Notes: generated by a model not told the origin, from the letters alone. A stretch of DNA of 64,000 nt from Lingula anatina (GCA_051362555.1 CM120646.1:21886001-21950000); one strand, 5' to 3'. Numbered from the stretch's first letter, positions 13,171 to 26,950 are shown. Program-made: numbers and translations.

Positions 13171-14527
13171 TTTTGGCATATTCATTGTGGGACTCGGAGC
13201 TCCCATGGACATGAAGCCAAATGGTAATCATATTTTCTACATGTCCATCCTATTAATAGTCAATAAACAAAAATTGGTGATAATTATTCTCTAATTTATT
13301 ATGTAATGTTACATCAAAATTGACAATCTTTTTGCACTGCTACTGCAAACATTATGAAAAGAAAACTGTGCTACTTATTATAATTTTAAACTTACAAGTA
13401 CGATTTTTAGGATTGGCCTTCAGCTCATGAGAAAACCAGCTCTATTGGATTATCATGTTTATTGTATTTATGCATTTTTTGTGAAATTTTCATTTTTCTC
13501 ATTCTGGCACTTTCTAAGTATAAACTTGAACTCTGATGGGCCTGAAGCCTTATGCTTTTACTTTCGTCCGTGTTACCTGTTCTGCATAATTAAAATTTGA
13601 TATTGACTGTGCAGTTAAACATAATGTATTATTGCATCAGAATTAGTAGTCTCCTATTTTGTACATTATTGTGTTGTGCTTTTCTTAAGATGTGACTTAT
13701 GGGCCTGAAAGACCTTTGAGAGGGTCAGTCTGTAAATTTCCCTTGGGTATCACTTAGCTCATTTTAGAGTTATAAAGTGATTTGCCTAATTTATAGGCCA
13801 TAAAATGAGATAACATAAAGCACACTTGTTGATATTTCCCTGTAAACTCCCAAAGGTTAAGCTCTCTGCTAGATTTATGATAAGGAAGCAGTGATAATTA
13901 TACAGGTAAATTTTGTTTAATATTGCAAATGAGTTTATATATATATGTATATATATCAAACTCAAAGATTAAAAGTTTGAATAGCAGCTTCATTGGAATT
14001 ATATTTACCTCTGCCAAAGAGGTTATATTTTCACCCCTGTTTGTCTGTCATCCACATAACTCAAAAAGTTAGGAACGATTTTGTTGAAATTTTCAGGAAC
14101 TGTCAGAAGTGGGCCAAAGAGGACAATAATCAATAAAAATCAACAATGGCTGCCTTGGCAGAGGTCTGTACTCTCGGAGTGCTTTTCTGGTTTTGTTATG
14201 TTTTCCTTTATAATTTGTGACTTTTAACTCTCATCCGCCTAAGGCTCTGCACATTTTCTGTATTTTCTATAGGTTAAGCTCTCTTAACTCGGTCACATAT
14301 TTAGGAATTGGTGATAATTATGCAGATAAATGTTGTTTAATATTGCAAATAAGTTTACAAAAGAAAAAATTTGTGTAATGCCAACATTAATGCTATAGAT
14401 GAATAACAGTGCCTTATTATCCTCAAACACATTGGGGTTATTCATATCATGTAATACAGCAAGATTAAAAGTTTGAATAGCAGCTTTATTGGAATTTTTT
14501 TATTGTTTTTTTTTTGTTTGTGTTTTC

Positions 14528-16156
14528 TTTTTATGTACAGACACAGATGTGTCTGTACATATAGCCATCATCTGCGTCTGTCGTCGCCGTCGTCGCCGTC
14601 GCCGTCACCGTGCACTTTTACCGATAACACGATAAGTGTAAAACCATTTTGCCTTTTGATTTGAAACTTGCAGAACTGATGAATATTCATAATACGCAGG
14701 TCAAGTTCGAAAATCAGCATGATCGGGTTACTCTTAGGGAATTTATGCTGTTTTTTCACTTTTTTCAACATATATGCAGCACCGATAACACGATAAGTGG
14801 AAAACCATTGTACCTTTCGGCTTGAAACTTACAGTACTGATGAATATTCATAATACGCAGGTTGAGTTCGAAAATCAGCATGATCGGGTCACTTATAGGG
14901 AATTTATGCTGTTTTTTCTCTTTTTTCAGCATATATGCAGCACCGATAACACCATAAATGGAAAACCATTTGACCTTTTGGCTTGAAACCTACAGAACTG
15001 ATGAATATTCATAATACACAGGTCAAGTTCGAAAATCAGCATGATTGGGTCATTTTTAGTGAATTTAGGCTATTTTTTCACTTTTTTTCAGCATTTTTGC
15101 AACACTGATAACACAATAAATGAAGAGCTGTTTTACCCTTTGGCTTGAAACTTACAGAACTGATAAATATTCATAATACGCAGGTCAAGTTCGAAAATCA
15201 GCACGATCGGGTCACTTATAGGGAATTTATGCTGTTTTTTTTTCACTTTTTTTAGTATATATGCAACACAGATTGAAAAACAGATTGGCCAATTGTCATT
15301 ATACTCACAGGAGGGGCCAATCTTACTAAAACGCAGGTTGAGTTTGAAAATCAGCATAATCAGTCCATTATTTTAAAAGGTAATGCTGTTTTTTCACATT
15401 TCCTCACATTCAATTCTTAGGCATGTTAACAGTCTCATTATTGAACTAATAAGATACGTAAATGTGTTTGTTTGGCATTTCCTGCATCTTTACAACATTG
15501 TTAGTTGATTTTGTAACAATGATGGTAAACTTGTTATCATGTATTGTGTAATAAAGTGTCAAAAATGGAAATAAACTCATATCATTGCAGTTTGTCAGAT
15601 GCATTCATCCACTATGTTCAGAATCTCAGAATGGAGGAAGTTGGGCATTGCTGTCATCTGCCTGGGGCTCTGCACATTTTCTGTATTTCTACATAAGCAG
15701 TTATATTGTTTTTTATGTCTTTAAACATTATGTAATATTATTTTATGCACTGTCATCATTTTTCAAATATTGAGACTTTCATAATGTGAATTTGAACTCT
15801 CATGGTCCTGAAACTGTAATCTTATTGAAGGGGTGGATTGAGATCATCTTCTGGGTCTTCCGGAAGACAGTCAGGTTATTAAGTTTATATTGACTGGTAT
15901 CTATTTTTTTCTGTTGGAACACCATCAAAATGGAGGATGGATCAACATAGATACTTTGTAATACTGTCAGAAAATATCTCTGGGTCCGCTGCTGTTATTG
16001 ACCATGTTACCTGTTGTGCAAGATTAAAATTCAGTGTTGACTGACAGTGCTATTATAAGCATTATTTATTATTGCATCAAAATTGACAAAATGACCTTTT
16101 TTGCATCTTTATTTTCTGTTTTTTGTCTGTACATTTGACAGCTTTGCTGCCTTGTT
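14528..16156 (+). mobile_element. HINE family 1 nested in a T-tract of another HINE1
   Basis: Complete head and tail. The flanks rejoin to give the host consensus seen at 585-670. Confidence 0.8.
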
Positions 16157-16779
16157 ATTTTTTTTTCCTAAACACTGGCATTTTCAACTCCCATCCACCT
16201 GAAGCTCTTAAGATTTTCTATATTTCCACATAAGCAATTGCATAGGTTTTTATGTCTTTAAACATTATGTATTAATATTATTTTATGCACTGTCAACATT
16301 TTTCAAATATTGGGATTTTCATTATCTGAATTTGAACTCTCATGGTCCAGAAACTGTAATCTTATTGCAGGGGTGGATTGAGGCTGTCTTCTGGGTCTTT
16401 CAGATGACGGTCAGATTTTAAAGTTTACATTGACTGGTATCAATTTTTTTCTGTTGGAAGACCATCAAAAATAGAGGATGTATCAACAAAGATACTTTGG
16501 AATACTGTCAGAAAATATCTCAAGTGGAGGATGGATCAACAAAAATACTTTGGAATACTGTCAGAAAATATCTCTGGATCTGCTCCTGTTATTGGGCATG
16601 TTACCTGTTGTGCATGATTAAAAATCAGTGTTAACGGACTGTGCTATTATAAGCATTATTTATTATTGAATCAAAATTGACAAAATGACCTATTTTTCAT
16701 CTTTATTTTCTGTTTTTTGTCTGTACATTTGACAGCTTTGCTGCCTTGTTCATGGAACAGTTCAGTGTCACTTACAAGC

Positions 16780-19678
16780 CAGGGGTCGATATGTTTAGAA
16801 AATCATACTTTCCCTGCCGGGAAAGTGATTTTGTACATGAGTAGCTTTCCCTGACAACAAAATCATGAAAACTGATTTCCCTGATATTAAATTTGTTTAT
16901 TTTAAAGGGAAAATAACTCTTCGTATGGGATCTATATTTCACAATAAAAACATTATGAAAAACTCACTGAAATATAATATATTCTGTTTTACCACAAAAA
17001 CGGCAGCTATAGCTGTTATTCTGATATTTGAGCTTGGCTTTAGACCACGTGACCTCCATTGATGGCTATACTCTGTTAAAACCTCTTAAAGGGATAATAA
17101 CTCTTCATTTTGGCCAAAAATGAATTTTCCTGGAGTAAACAACAATTTTCCCATACTAACCAATGGTTAATGAATCCATTTTTACATTCAAAGTTAGTCC
17201 CTGTTTTTTTTCTAAAAAGTTTGGTTTTTTATGTACAGACACAGATGTGTCTGTACATATAGCCATCAGCTGCGTCTGCCGTCCCCGTCGTCGCCGTCGC
17301 CCGTGCACTTTTACCGATAACACGATAAGTGGAAAAACATTTTACCTTTTGACTTGAAACTTGCAGAACTGATGAATATTCATAATACGCAGGTCAAGTT
17401 CGAAAATCAGCATGATCGGGTCACTTTTAGGGAATTTATGCTGTTTTTTCACTTTTTTCAGCATATATGCAGCACCGATAACACGATAAGTGGAAAACCA
17501 TTTTACCTTTTGACTTGAAACTTACAGAACTGATGAATATTCATAATACGCAGGTCAAGTTCAAAAATCAGCATGATCGGGTCACTTTTAGGTAATTTAT
17601 GCTGTTTTTTCACTATTTTCAATATAAATGCAACACTGATAACACAATATAAGAAAAACGGATTGGCCAATTGTAATTATACTCACAGGAGTGGTCAATC
17701 TTACTAAAACGCAGGTTGAGTTTGAAAATAAGCATAATCGGGCCATTACTTAAGAAGTTATACTGTTTTTTCACATTTCCTCAGATTCAATTATTAGGCA
17801 TGTTAACAGTCTCATTATTTAACTAATAAGATGCCTAAAAGTGTTTGTTTGATATTTCCTGCATCTTTACAACATTGTTAGTTGATTATGTAAAAAACAT
17901 GGTAAACTTGTTATCATGTATTGTGTAATAAAGTGTCAAAAATGGAAATAAACTCATATCATTGCAGTTTGTCAGATTCAATCATCCACTATGTTCAGAA
18001 ACTCAGAATGGCGGAAATTGGACATTTAACACTGTTCTATTGATACTTTTCCCATCTCATCAATTTTCTTAGTTGGACATATAAAAATGGCAGTAAAATG
18101 TTCATTTTGTTTTATGTTAAAAAAGTGTTAAAAATGGAAATAAACCCATTTCAGAACAGTGCTGTCTTGTTTACATTTTGGCATTATCAAGGCGTGACTT
18201 TGAAGTTCCATGGGCCTGAAGACCTTTGCTAGTCACATTTTCTGAATATCTGTGATACAAATATTTTATAATTAAAAATTGATGGTCATTAAGCTGTTAA
18301 ACATTATGTAATATTGCATCAAAATTTGAAGAAACCCCCATTTTGGGCACTGCTTCCATGATGACCATTTAAGGAAAATCATGTCACTTACTGTTTTCAA
18401 ACTTACAGGATAGAAACATGGGACTAAAATACAGCTTCAGTAGGCAATGCAGTCTGTTTGGTATTTTTATTTATTTATTTATTTATTTTGGCAGTTAAAC
18501 AGTTTTTTGTGAAAATTTAATTTTTCACATATTGGCATTTTCAAGGTGTGACTTTAAAGTTCCATGATCTTGAAGACTTTTGCTTGTCACATTTTCTGAA
18601 TGTCCATGTTACTAATATTTTATTAATAACATTTGATTGTCATTATGCTGTTAAACATTATGTAATGTTGCATCAAAATTTGAAGAAACCCCTATTTTGG
18701 GCACTGCTCCTATGATGACCATTTAAGGGAAATCATGTCACTTACTGTTCTCAAACTTACAGGAAAGAAACATGGGTCTAACATACAGCTTCAATAGGCA
18801 ACGCAGTCTGTTTGGTAAATTTTTCTGGCAATTTAACAGTTTTTTGTGAAAATTTAATTTTCACTTATTTGCATCTATTTTTTCTGTTCTTTGTCTGTAC
18901 ATTTGACAGCTTTGCTGCCTTGTTAAAATCTCTTAAGAGATTATAACAGAGTATAGCCATCAGTGGAGGTCACATGATCTAAAGACAAGCTCAGATATCG
19001 AAATAATAGCTATAACTGCCGTTTTTGTGGTACAACAGAATTTATTTAATTTCTAGGAGTTGTTTACAATGTTTTTATTGTGAAATATAGATCTCATACG
19101 AAGAGTTATTATCCCTTTAAGAGATTTGAACAAAAAACCAAACTTTTTAGAAAAAAAACAGGGACTAACTTTGAATGTAAAAATGGATTCATTAACCATT
19201 GGTAAGTATGGGAAAATTGTTGTTTACTCCAGGAAAATGGCTGACCGAGTTAAAAATTACCGCGGGATTGACAGACAGAAGCATGTGTTGGTACCGCAGC
19301 GCCCTCTGGCGATCGATCGATGAGACGATCGACGAGAATAATTACACGATTGACGAGATTAGTTGGACGATCGACGAGATTAGATGATCAACGAGAATAG
19401 TTACACAATCGACGAAAATAGTGACAGCATTGGTTTTAATACACCGTAGATGAGAAATATTTGACAATTATTGACGAAAGTAGATGTTAAATTTATGACA
19501 GGATCGTTTAAACTTGAAACTGAATCGATGGGAAGGCAGTGAATCGACAAAACATAACTGAATCGAAGACATGAATTTTTGCCCTTTTGGCCGCCCATAA
19601 AGTAAGATATGACATAGATTTGCCGAGATTGCAATAGCTTTCCCTCGGGAAAACAGGAAAGCAACATTTCGACCCCTG
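16780..19678. mobile_element. Non-autonomous DNA transposon with CAGGGGTCGA TIRs and a 5-bp TSD
   Basis: caggggtcgatatgtt ... aacatttcgacccctg, flanked on both sides by CAAGC. Hosts the HINE1 at 17227-18924. Confidence 0.8.
17227..18924 (+). mobile_element. HINE family 1 copy
   Basis: Complete termini. An empty-site equivalent ttggttttttgttaaaatctc is seen at 36711-36731. Confidence 0.85.
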
Positions 19679-20931
19679 CAAGCTTACTAATAAGTAGGAC
19701 AAGACTTATTATTATAAATGCACTGTTATTGGACACCTCTTTATTATTTAAACATGAACGGTGGGCTATTTTCAAAAATTGTGGGCTAAATTGTATATTA
19801 GTCAATTTTACCAACATGTCCAAATTTATAGAAATTTCAAGTCCAGACATTGCATCAGAAATAAAAATTCTCTTAATTCCTACCACCTTTCAAATACTGT
19901 CTCTAAAAAAAAATGAAAATAAGTTTAAAATGTATGATGCTATTTATTTGCACTGTAGTAATGTCATCACAAATGTAATGTGCATGTTGCTACTGAAATC
20001 CAGAGAAGAGCAGCATGGAATGATCATATTGTCAATTATAAACTGTGTAAAAAACAAGTGACAAAGTAGAAAACTTTACCTATGTTCCTGTGATAGTCAA
20101 TTAAATTATTTCAGGTTACAATTTTGATTGGGATAATGGCATTGTATCGGAGTTTATCAGGATTCACTATTTCTTGCATGTATGCAATAGCCTGTTGCGC
20201 TTTTTGGTATATCATTAATGTACGCGCTAGTAGTGCAAAAAGGCGACCCATCCTAATCCCTGTGGAGTTTAAAACTGTTCAATTTCTACACATAAGCTGG
20301 AAACATACCTGTACAAGCTTTCGTCCCATTACACTTGGGACTCCATCAGTCACACTGAAGGTATGTGACAGTGTACAGTGAACAGTCTAGTGAGAACTGC
20401 TCACTATAACACTGTACCAGGTAGCCTCTTTGTAAACATATATAAAAAATCATTGAAGCTTTCAGTGCAGCATGAAAATGAGCTTGATGACAAATGGGGC
20501 AAGTCCTGGATACCTAATAGAATGATATTTACTACATTCAACACTTCATGTTATGGTCTTTTATCTGAAGCATATAATTAATTTGAATGGCCGTGAAATG
20601 TTCAATATGCCCAATCTGATTAGTTTTCACTAAAACTGTGATATTTTGCAACTGAACCTGATGAGTGCTCACATGGTTTAGATTGAGAGCACTGTCCTCA
20701 GGGCCTCCATCAAATTTAATATTTTAAATAATAAAACCATTTTTCTGTATAGAGTGTCTGTATATTTGCCAGCTTTGCTGTCTAGTTTAGATGTTACCAG
20801 TGAATCTGTTCTTGTTGACACTTTGTTATTCAGGTAATAGGTGCTGAAATTCTTGGGTTGCCTGTTTGGAAATCGATGGGCAATTTCCTAAATTTTTCAG
20901 TAACTCTAAGATTGTTATTTTTTCCCCATCA

Positions 20932-23900
20932 TTGTACCACCAGCGTAGGCGCTGGCGGTACACATGGTTTTAGTCCCGACCCGTATGTTCCGCCGGCTCC
21001 CCCGGCTCCTGCGGCTCCGCCGGCTCCTGTGGCTCCGCCGGCTCCTGCGGCTCCGCCGCCAAGTCACCGTTACCGCTTCTCCTCCTAGACGGTAATGGCC
21101 TCCATACCCATCTCTTGGATTTAGGTCACCTATAATCTCAACTCGTTCCACGTAAAATTTGGGCTTTGTCGGTATTGGGGTCTAGGTGTGGCACTCATTG
21201 CAATGCACCCTTGTCCAAAAATGGCAAAATTAAATGCTAATTATCTCCCCTACGGAAGGAATTATGGGAAAAATTTCTACAGACAGCTTTCCAAAAGTCA
21301 TATGTGTAGATTTCAAATATGCCCTTGGATTTGACCTTTGACCTTTATTTCAAGGTCAAACGGGCCAAAATTTTCAAAAAAAAAACAAAATTTTTGCCGA
21401 AAAAAAAATAATATGCGGTCTTATTCAGACACCACACAGACTTAACTAATAATATTAATGGAAAGTGTTACCCTTCAGGTCATCTTTCATCTCTGTGAAT
21501 TTGGGGTCAATCGGTGCATTTTCACGGGAGTAGCGGCCATAAGATATCGAAACTGAAAACTGTCTCTAAATCGGGAACCGTTAATGCTAGACACCCATTC
21601 TTTTTTGCATTTTGTAGAGCATGTAAAGCCCAACACTGGAAGTGGTCTCCGTTTTTTTGTATTCCATACGGTTTTCGAGTTACGCTGTATCAAAAAGTAC
21701 ATATTGGTGGTGAAAGCAAAATGTGCAGTACGTTAATGGATAATAAATTTTGAACTCCGGAAAAATAAAACATAAGGCTTGGCAAAGCAGACAACTTGTG
21801 GTCAAAAATGACATTATTTCATCAAATTTGAACATCTGGAACTTCAGAGCACCTCCCATTTCAAGAATTTTGACCAAAATGACCTTTTCTTTATTTTAAT
21901 TAATTTTTTCTGTAGGAAATTTATGGCACATTATGGTAACTCCAAGATTATAACATTTAGTCCCTTATATCTCCAAAACTGGCAGAGATAGGTCCATAGT
22001 TACTATTGAAGTTGAATAGGAAGTCATATACTGGCAATCTACATGTGACCTTAAAATTGACCTTTGACCTACTTTTCGCCATGAACTGAACTTTGCAAAA
22101 TTTGCTTCCCTTTTATCTCCAAAACTGGCAGAGATAGGTCCATAGTTACTATTGAAGTTGAATAGGAAGTCATATACTGGCAATCTAAATGTGACCTTAA
22201 AATTGACCTTTGACCTACTTTTCACCATGAACTGAACTTTGCAAATTTTGCTTCCCTTTTATCTCCAAAACTGGCAGAGATAGGTCCATAGTTTCTATTG
22301 AACTTGAATAGGAAGTCATATACTGGCAATCTACATGTGACCTTAAAATTGACCTTTGACCTACTTTTCACCATGAACTGAACTTTGCAAATTTTGCTTC
22401 CCTTTTATCTCCAAAACTGGCAGAGATAGGTCCATAGTTTCTATTGAACTTGAATAGGAAGTCATATACTGGCAATCTACATGTGACCTTAAAATTAACC
22501 TTTGACCTACTTTTCACCATGAACTGAACTTTGCAAATTTTGCTTCCCTTTTATCTCCAAAACTGGCAGAGATAGGTCCATAGTCTCTACTGAACTTGCA
22601 TAGGAAGTCATATACTGGCAATCTACGTGTGACCTTAAAATTGACCTTTGACCTACTTTTCACCATGAACTGAACTTTGCAAATTTTGCTTCCCTTTTAT
22701 CTCCAAAACTGGCAGAGATAGGTCCATAGTCTCTACTGAACTTGCATAGGAAGTCATATACTGGCAATCTACGTGTGACCTTAAAATTGACCTTTGACCT
22801 ACTTTTCACCATGAACTGAACTTTGCAAATTTTGATTCCCTTTTATCTCCAAAACTGGTAGAGATAGGTCCATAGTCTCTATTGAACTTGAATAGGAAGT
22901 CATATACTGGCAATCTACATGTGGCCTTAAAATTAACCTTTGACCTACTTTTCACCATGAACTGAACTTTGCAAATTTTGCTTCCCTTTTATCTCCAAAA
23001 CTGGCAGAGATAGGTCCATAGTCTCTATTGAAGTTGAATAGGAAGTCATATACTGGCAATCTACATGTGACCTTAAAATTGACCTTTGACCTACTTTTCA
23101 CCATGAACTGAACTTTGCAAATTTTGCTTCCCTTTTATCTCCAAAACTGGTAGAGATAGGCCCATAGTCTCTATTGAACTTGAATAGGAAGTCATATACT
23201 GGCAATCTACATGTGACCTTAAAATTGACCTTTGACCTACTTTTAACCATGAACTGAATTTTGCAAATTTTGATTCCCTTTTATCTCCAAAACTGGCAGA
23301 GATAGGTCCATAGTTACTATTGAAGTTGAATAGGAAGTCTTATACTGGCAATCTAAATGTGACCTTAAAATTGACCTTTGACCTACTTTTCACCAAGAAC
23401 TGAACTTTGCAAATTTTGCTTCCCTTTTATCTCTAAAGTTACGCTGTATCAAAAAGTCATATTGGTGGTGAAAGCAAAATGTGCAGTACGGTAATGGATA
23501 ATAAATTTTGAACTCCGGAAAAATAAAACATAAGGCTTGGCAAAGCAGACAACTTGTGGTCAAAAATGACATTATTTCATCAAATTTGAACATCTGGAAC
23601 TTCAGAGCACCTCCCATTTCAAGAATTTTGACCAAAATGACCTTTTCTTTATTTTAATTAATTTTTTCTGTAGGAAATTTATGGCACATTATGGTAACTC
23701 CAAAATTATAACATTTAGTCCCTTATATCTCCAAAACTGGCAGAGATAGGTCCATAGTTACTATTGAAGTTGAATAGGAAGACATATACTGGCAATCTAA
23801 ATGTGACCTTAAAATTGACCTTTGACCTACTTTTCACCATGAACTGAACTTTGCATATTTTGATTCCCTTTTATCTCCAATACTGGCAGAGATAGGTCCA

Positions 23901-24483
23901 TAGTCTCTATTGAAGTTGAATAGGAAGTCATATACTGGCAATCTAAAAGTGACCTTAAAATTGACCTTTGACCTACTTTTCACCATGAACTGAACTTTGC
24001 ATATTTTGCTTCCCCTTTATCTCCAAAACTGGCAGAGATAGGTCCATAGTTACTATTGAACGTGAATAGGAAGTCATATACTGGCAATCTAAGTGTGACC
24101 TTGAAATTGACCTTTGACCTACTTATTATCATGAACTGAACTCTGCTAATTTCTTTCTCTTTTAACTCCAAACCTGGCAGAGATAGGCCCATAGTTACTA
24201 TTGAAGTTGAATAGGAAGTCATATACTGGCAATTTACTGTGACCTTGGAATTGACCTTTGACCTACCTTACGATGAACTTAACTTTGATTGTACCATTTT
24301 TAGTAATATATATATTTTTTGCATATTTTGAAAATTCTTGTTGATTGCATTTTTACAGCTTGTCAAGCACAAGACTGGTGGCTGTGTTCCTTATTTTGTA
24401 TATGTGGGGGTCTATACAAATGCGCTTGCTCCAGCTGGTGGTACAATATTCAGAGGCGGTATCGCCTCTCTGATCCTCTAGTT
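20932..24483 (+). mobile_element. HINE family 2 with a 146-bp satellite core
   Basis: 5' hairpin gtaccaccagcg-tagg-cgctggcggtac, GC-rich 9-bp microsatellite, 3' subterminal IR gctggtggtac, stem-loop agaggcg-gtat-cgcctct, ctagtt end. Confidence 0.88.
21968..24290 (+). repeat. 146-bp tandem array: 10 units, a duplicated spacer, then about 4 units
   Basis: tatctccaaaactggcagagatagg recurs at 21968, 22114, 22260 ... 23282. The segment 23438-23725 duplicates about 21679-21967. Confidence 0.92.
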
Positions 24484-24690
24484 CTTATTGGTGTCCTATG
24501 CAGGGTTATGTAGCAGGTGCAGTTATTAAAAACACAGGGTTTTTCCGTCCCTAGTGTTTTGTTTTAACCAAGTTACATGTACATTATCTGTATTGTTATT
24601 TTGCCAGTTTTAGCTGGTTTCTTTTATCCCAAATCTTCAGTATAAAAAACAACATTCTTTATAGAAAAACAAATACCCATTTACTTTTAG

Positions 24691-24803
24691 CAACAAATTT
24701 TGCCTGGTGGGTGCTGCTGCTTATTGTTGTTGGAGGTATAGCATTTATAACAGCAATCATTGGGATGATTATATGGCTTCACAAAAGAAGAGGAAGTGGC
24801 TAG
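24691..24803 (+). CDS. Transmembrane exon TMa ending in a stop codon (short cytoplasmic tail)
   Basis: Acceptor ttacttttag|24691, phase 1. Hand translation xTNFAWWVLLLIVVGGIAFITAIIGMIIWLHKRRGSG*: a hydrophobic run followed by a basic stop-transfer motif. Confidence 0.7.
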
Positions 24804-25706
24804 GATTAGTAAGAATTGAAGAATGTGGTTACCTTACTACAGTAACTGCTTAAGATGTGCGGTTTTGATGGAGGATATTGCTGATATACCTATAAAACGC
24901 ATTAGTTTATGGTGAAGATGACACACATGTAAATCAAAGGCAGTAATCTACCAAGTTTTTCTCAATTTCTTACATTACTCAATATTGTTAATTTTTTTTT
25001 TTCAATGTAAGGTTTTCAAGATTTGATCCTTGTACTAGTGCTGTGTATGTTTCTTCATTCAGATGTATGTCCTAGAAAGCTGATTTTCTAATGATGAGTT
25101 AGAACACCAATATACATGTAATCATGTTTTTAATTCATTAAGTTAAGGAAGTATTAAAGTGCAAAGTATCTGTATAGGTGCATATAAAAAGAACACTCCA
25201 TTTTGAACAGTGTTTTTGAATGACAGTATCACAAACAGATGGATAGTCACGTGTATAACCAGCAGTTACTTGATATGAAATTTGACCTATCATGATCAAT
25301 GTTACAATATTGCAAATGAAGATAAAAAAAGAGTGGAAATCATTTCAGCATTTTTTTAGGAGGGGGGGGGAGATGTCTAAGAACACAAATTTGTAATAAC
25401 AATTCATACTTTTATTACATCCACTTATGAGTTAATTGACAAACTAACGTAAAAAAAAAAGATGGGTAAAAAATTTAGACCATATATCCCCTTGACTCAT
25501 TTTAAGTGTTCAGACAGCACTTTCCATAATTTAAAAAAATGATGCATAGACTTTAAAACCACATAAAACGATCTTAGATTTCCATACTTGTCTACAATAA
25601 AGCAAAAAAAAAAAAAAAAAAAATACATCAGAATTAGTTATAGTATTTAAAATGAATGCTGTTAAGTTTCCATGGGTCCCATAGAGTTAATAAAACAGAG
25701 AGAGAG

Positions 25707-26381
25707 CCTGGTTGGGTAATACCTGGTAGCAGTATTCTCTGACCCTGAAGTTATTTATTTATTATTATTTTTCCTTTGAAGTTGTAAAGCACAATTAAAA
25801 CATAGGTAGGCTTTTTTTTTTTTTTAGTGATTCTAGAGACTATTCTTTTTTCCCTTTTTTGTCTAAAAATGGTGTTATGTGTCATGTTGATTATAAGAAA
25901 ATAGAATGTGGATACCATAGTATTGAACTCAAAGTAAATGTTTTGATTCATACAGTTGCATTTTAATTAGGATAATGACCTTGAGTTTGACTTTTGACCT
26001 ACTTTTTATCATGAACTGGACTTTGCATTTTACCAGACCCTATTTCTCCACAACTAAAAGAGATATGCCCAAAGCTACCATTGAACTTGAATGGGGGTTA
26101 ATAAACCTGGGTTGGGCAATACCTGATGGCAGTATTCTCTGACCCTGAATTTATTTATTTATTATTATTTCAGGGTGTCAGTTTCGTATGTTTTGCTATT
26201 TTTTGAAGATCTTTCTATTTTATAGAAACTTTTTTTTTTTTTTGTATTTTTCCTCTTTTTTGTCTAAAAATGGTGTTGTATGTCAAGTCATGATGATTAT
26301 TAGAAAATAAAATGTGGATATCATAGTATTGAACTCAAAGTGAATGTTTTGATTCATAAAGTTGCATTTTAATTAGGATAA
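25707..26381 (+). repeat. Diverged direct duplication with ~400-bp offset
   Basis: gcagtattctctgaccctgaa and atagtattgaactcaaagt..gcattttaattaggataa blocks occur at 25707-25975 and 26106-26381. Confidence 0.8.
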
Positions 26382-26480
26382 GGAAAATTGTATCTTATAC
26401 TGGATCTTACTTGAAACGAGCATCTCTACTAGTACACTTCAGGTAAGGTCCAATATAAGATTGAATTTTTCATTATCCTA
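26374..26480. repeat. Foldback/MITE-like inverted repeat with ~42-bp arms
   Basis: taggataaggaaaattgtatcttatactggatcttacttgaa versus the reverse complement of ttcaggtaaggtccaatataagattgaatttttcattatccta. Confidence 0.75.
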
Positions 26481-26950
26481 TTAATCAGTATTGAACTGCT
26501 TATTTATGTTAGGAGATATTTGGTAAGAACATTGACTGTGCTTGGACCTACTAGTGGGATAAGAAAAATAATAACTTTTTTGTAGAAATCTCTGGAGGAA
26601 CAAGTGTTTTTAGAGGCGAAATAAGTGAAAAAGTTAATTTCTGATGAGAAATTTGAGCTATGAGCTTTCTTTAGGTCGGTAATTTCACCATTTTTGGAAA
26701 CACATACAAAGCATGTGTACTACATACAGTAACTATATGCATGTATATACCTGTATTAAATAGGGTTGGTTGAAACACAAATTTTTGATTAGTCATTGTT
26801 TTCTATAACAGAATATGATGCTTAGCACTTATGTGACAACTGATTTACTTTCACAACAGCCATCTAAGTTGGTAAAATGACAATTTTCATAATGGCAGAC
26901 AAAATGATAGTTTCATTATCTACATTTAAAGGAGAGACAGTTTGCAATAT

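Larger units (their letters stand above)
10051..16750 (+). mobile_element. HINE family 1 copy with expanded internal arrays, hosting a nested HINE1
   Basis: Same termini as 6447-9726. Contains ~161-bp units (10142, 10303, 10465) and ~337-bp units (11159-12842). Confidence 0.85.

Noticed and set aside
7783-13294. Repeated ORFs such as MKIHDTYILLLK and ELMNIH
   Set aside because: They recur only because the HINE1 DNA is repeated. Frames break between copies and there are no domain motifs.
20858-21151. Pro/Ala-rich and Arg/Ser-rich ORFs
   Set aside because: Translations of the 9-bp microsatellite in the HINE2 head. The tract is absent from the second copy at 44005.
21968-24290. CRISPR-like or coding interpretation of the regular repeats
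   Set aside because: Head-to-tail 146-bp monomers without unique spacers, in a eukaryotic context with no cas genes.
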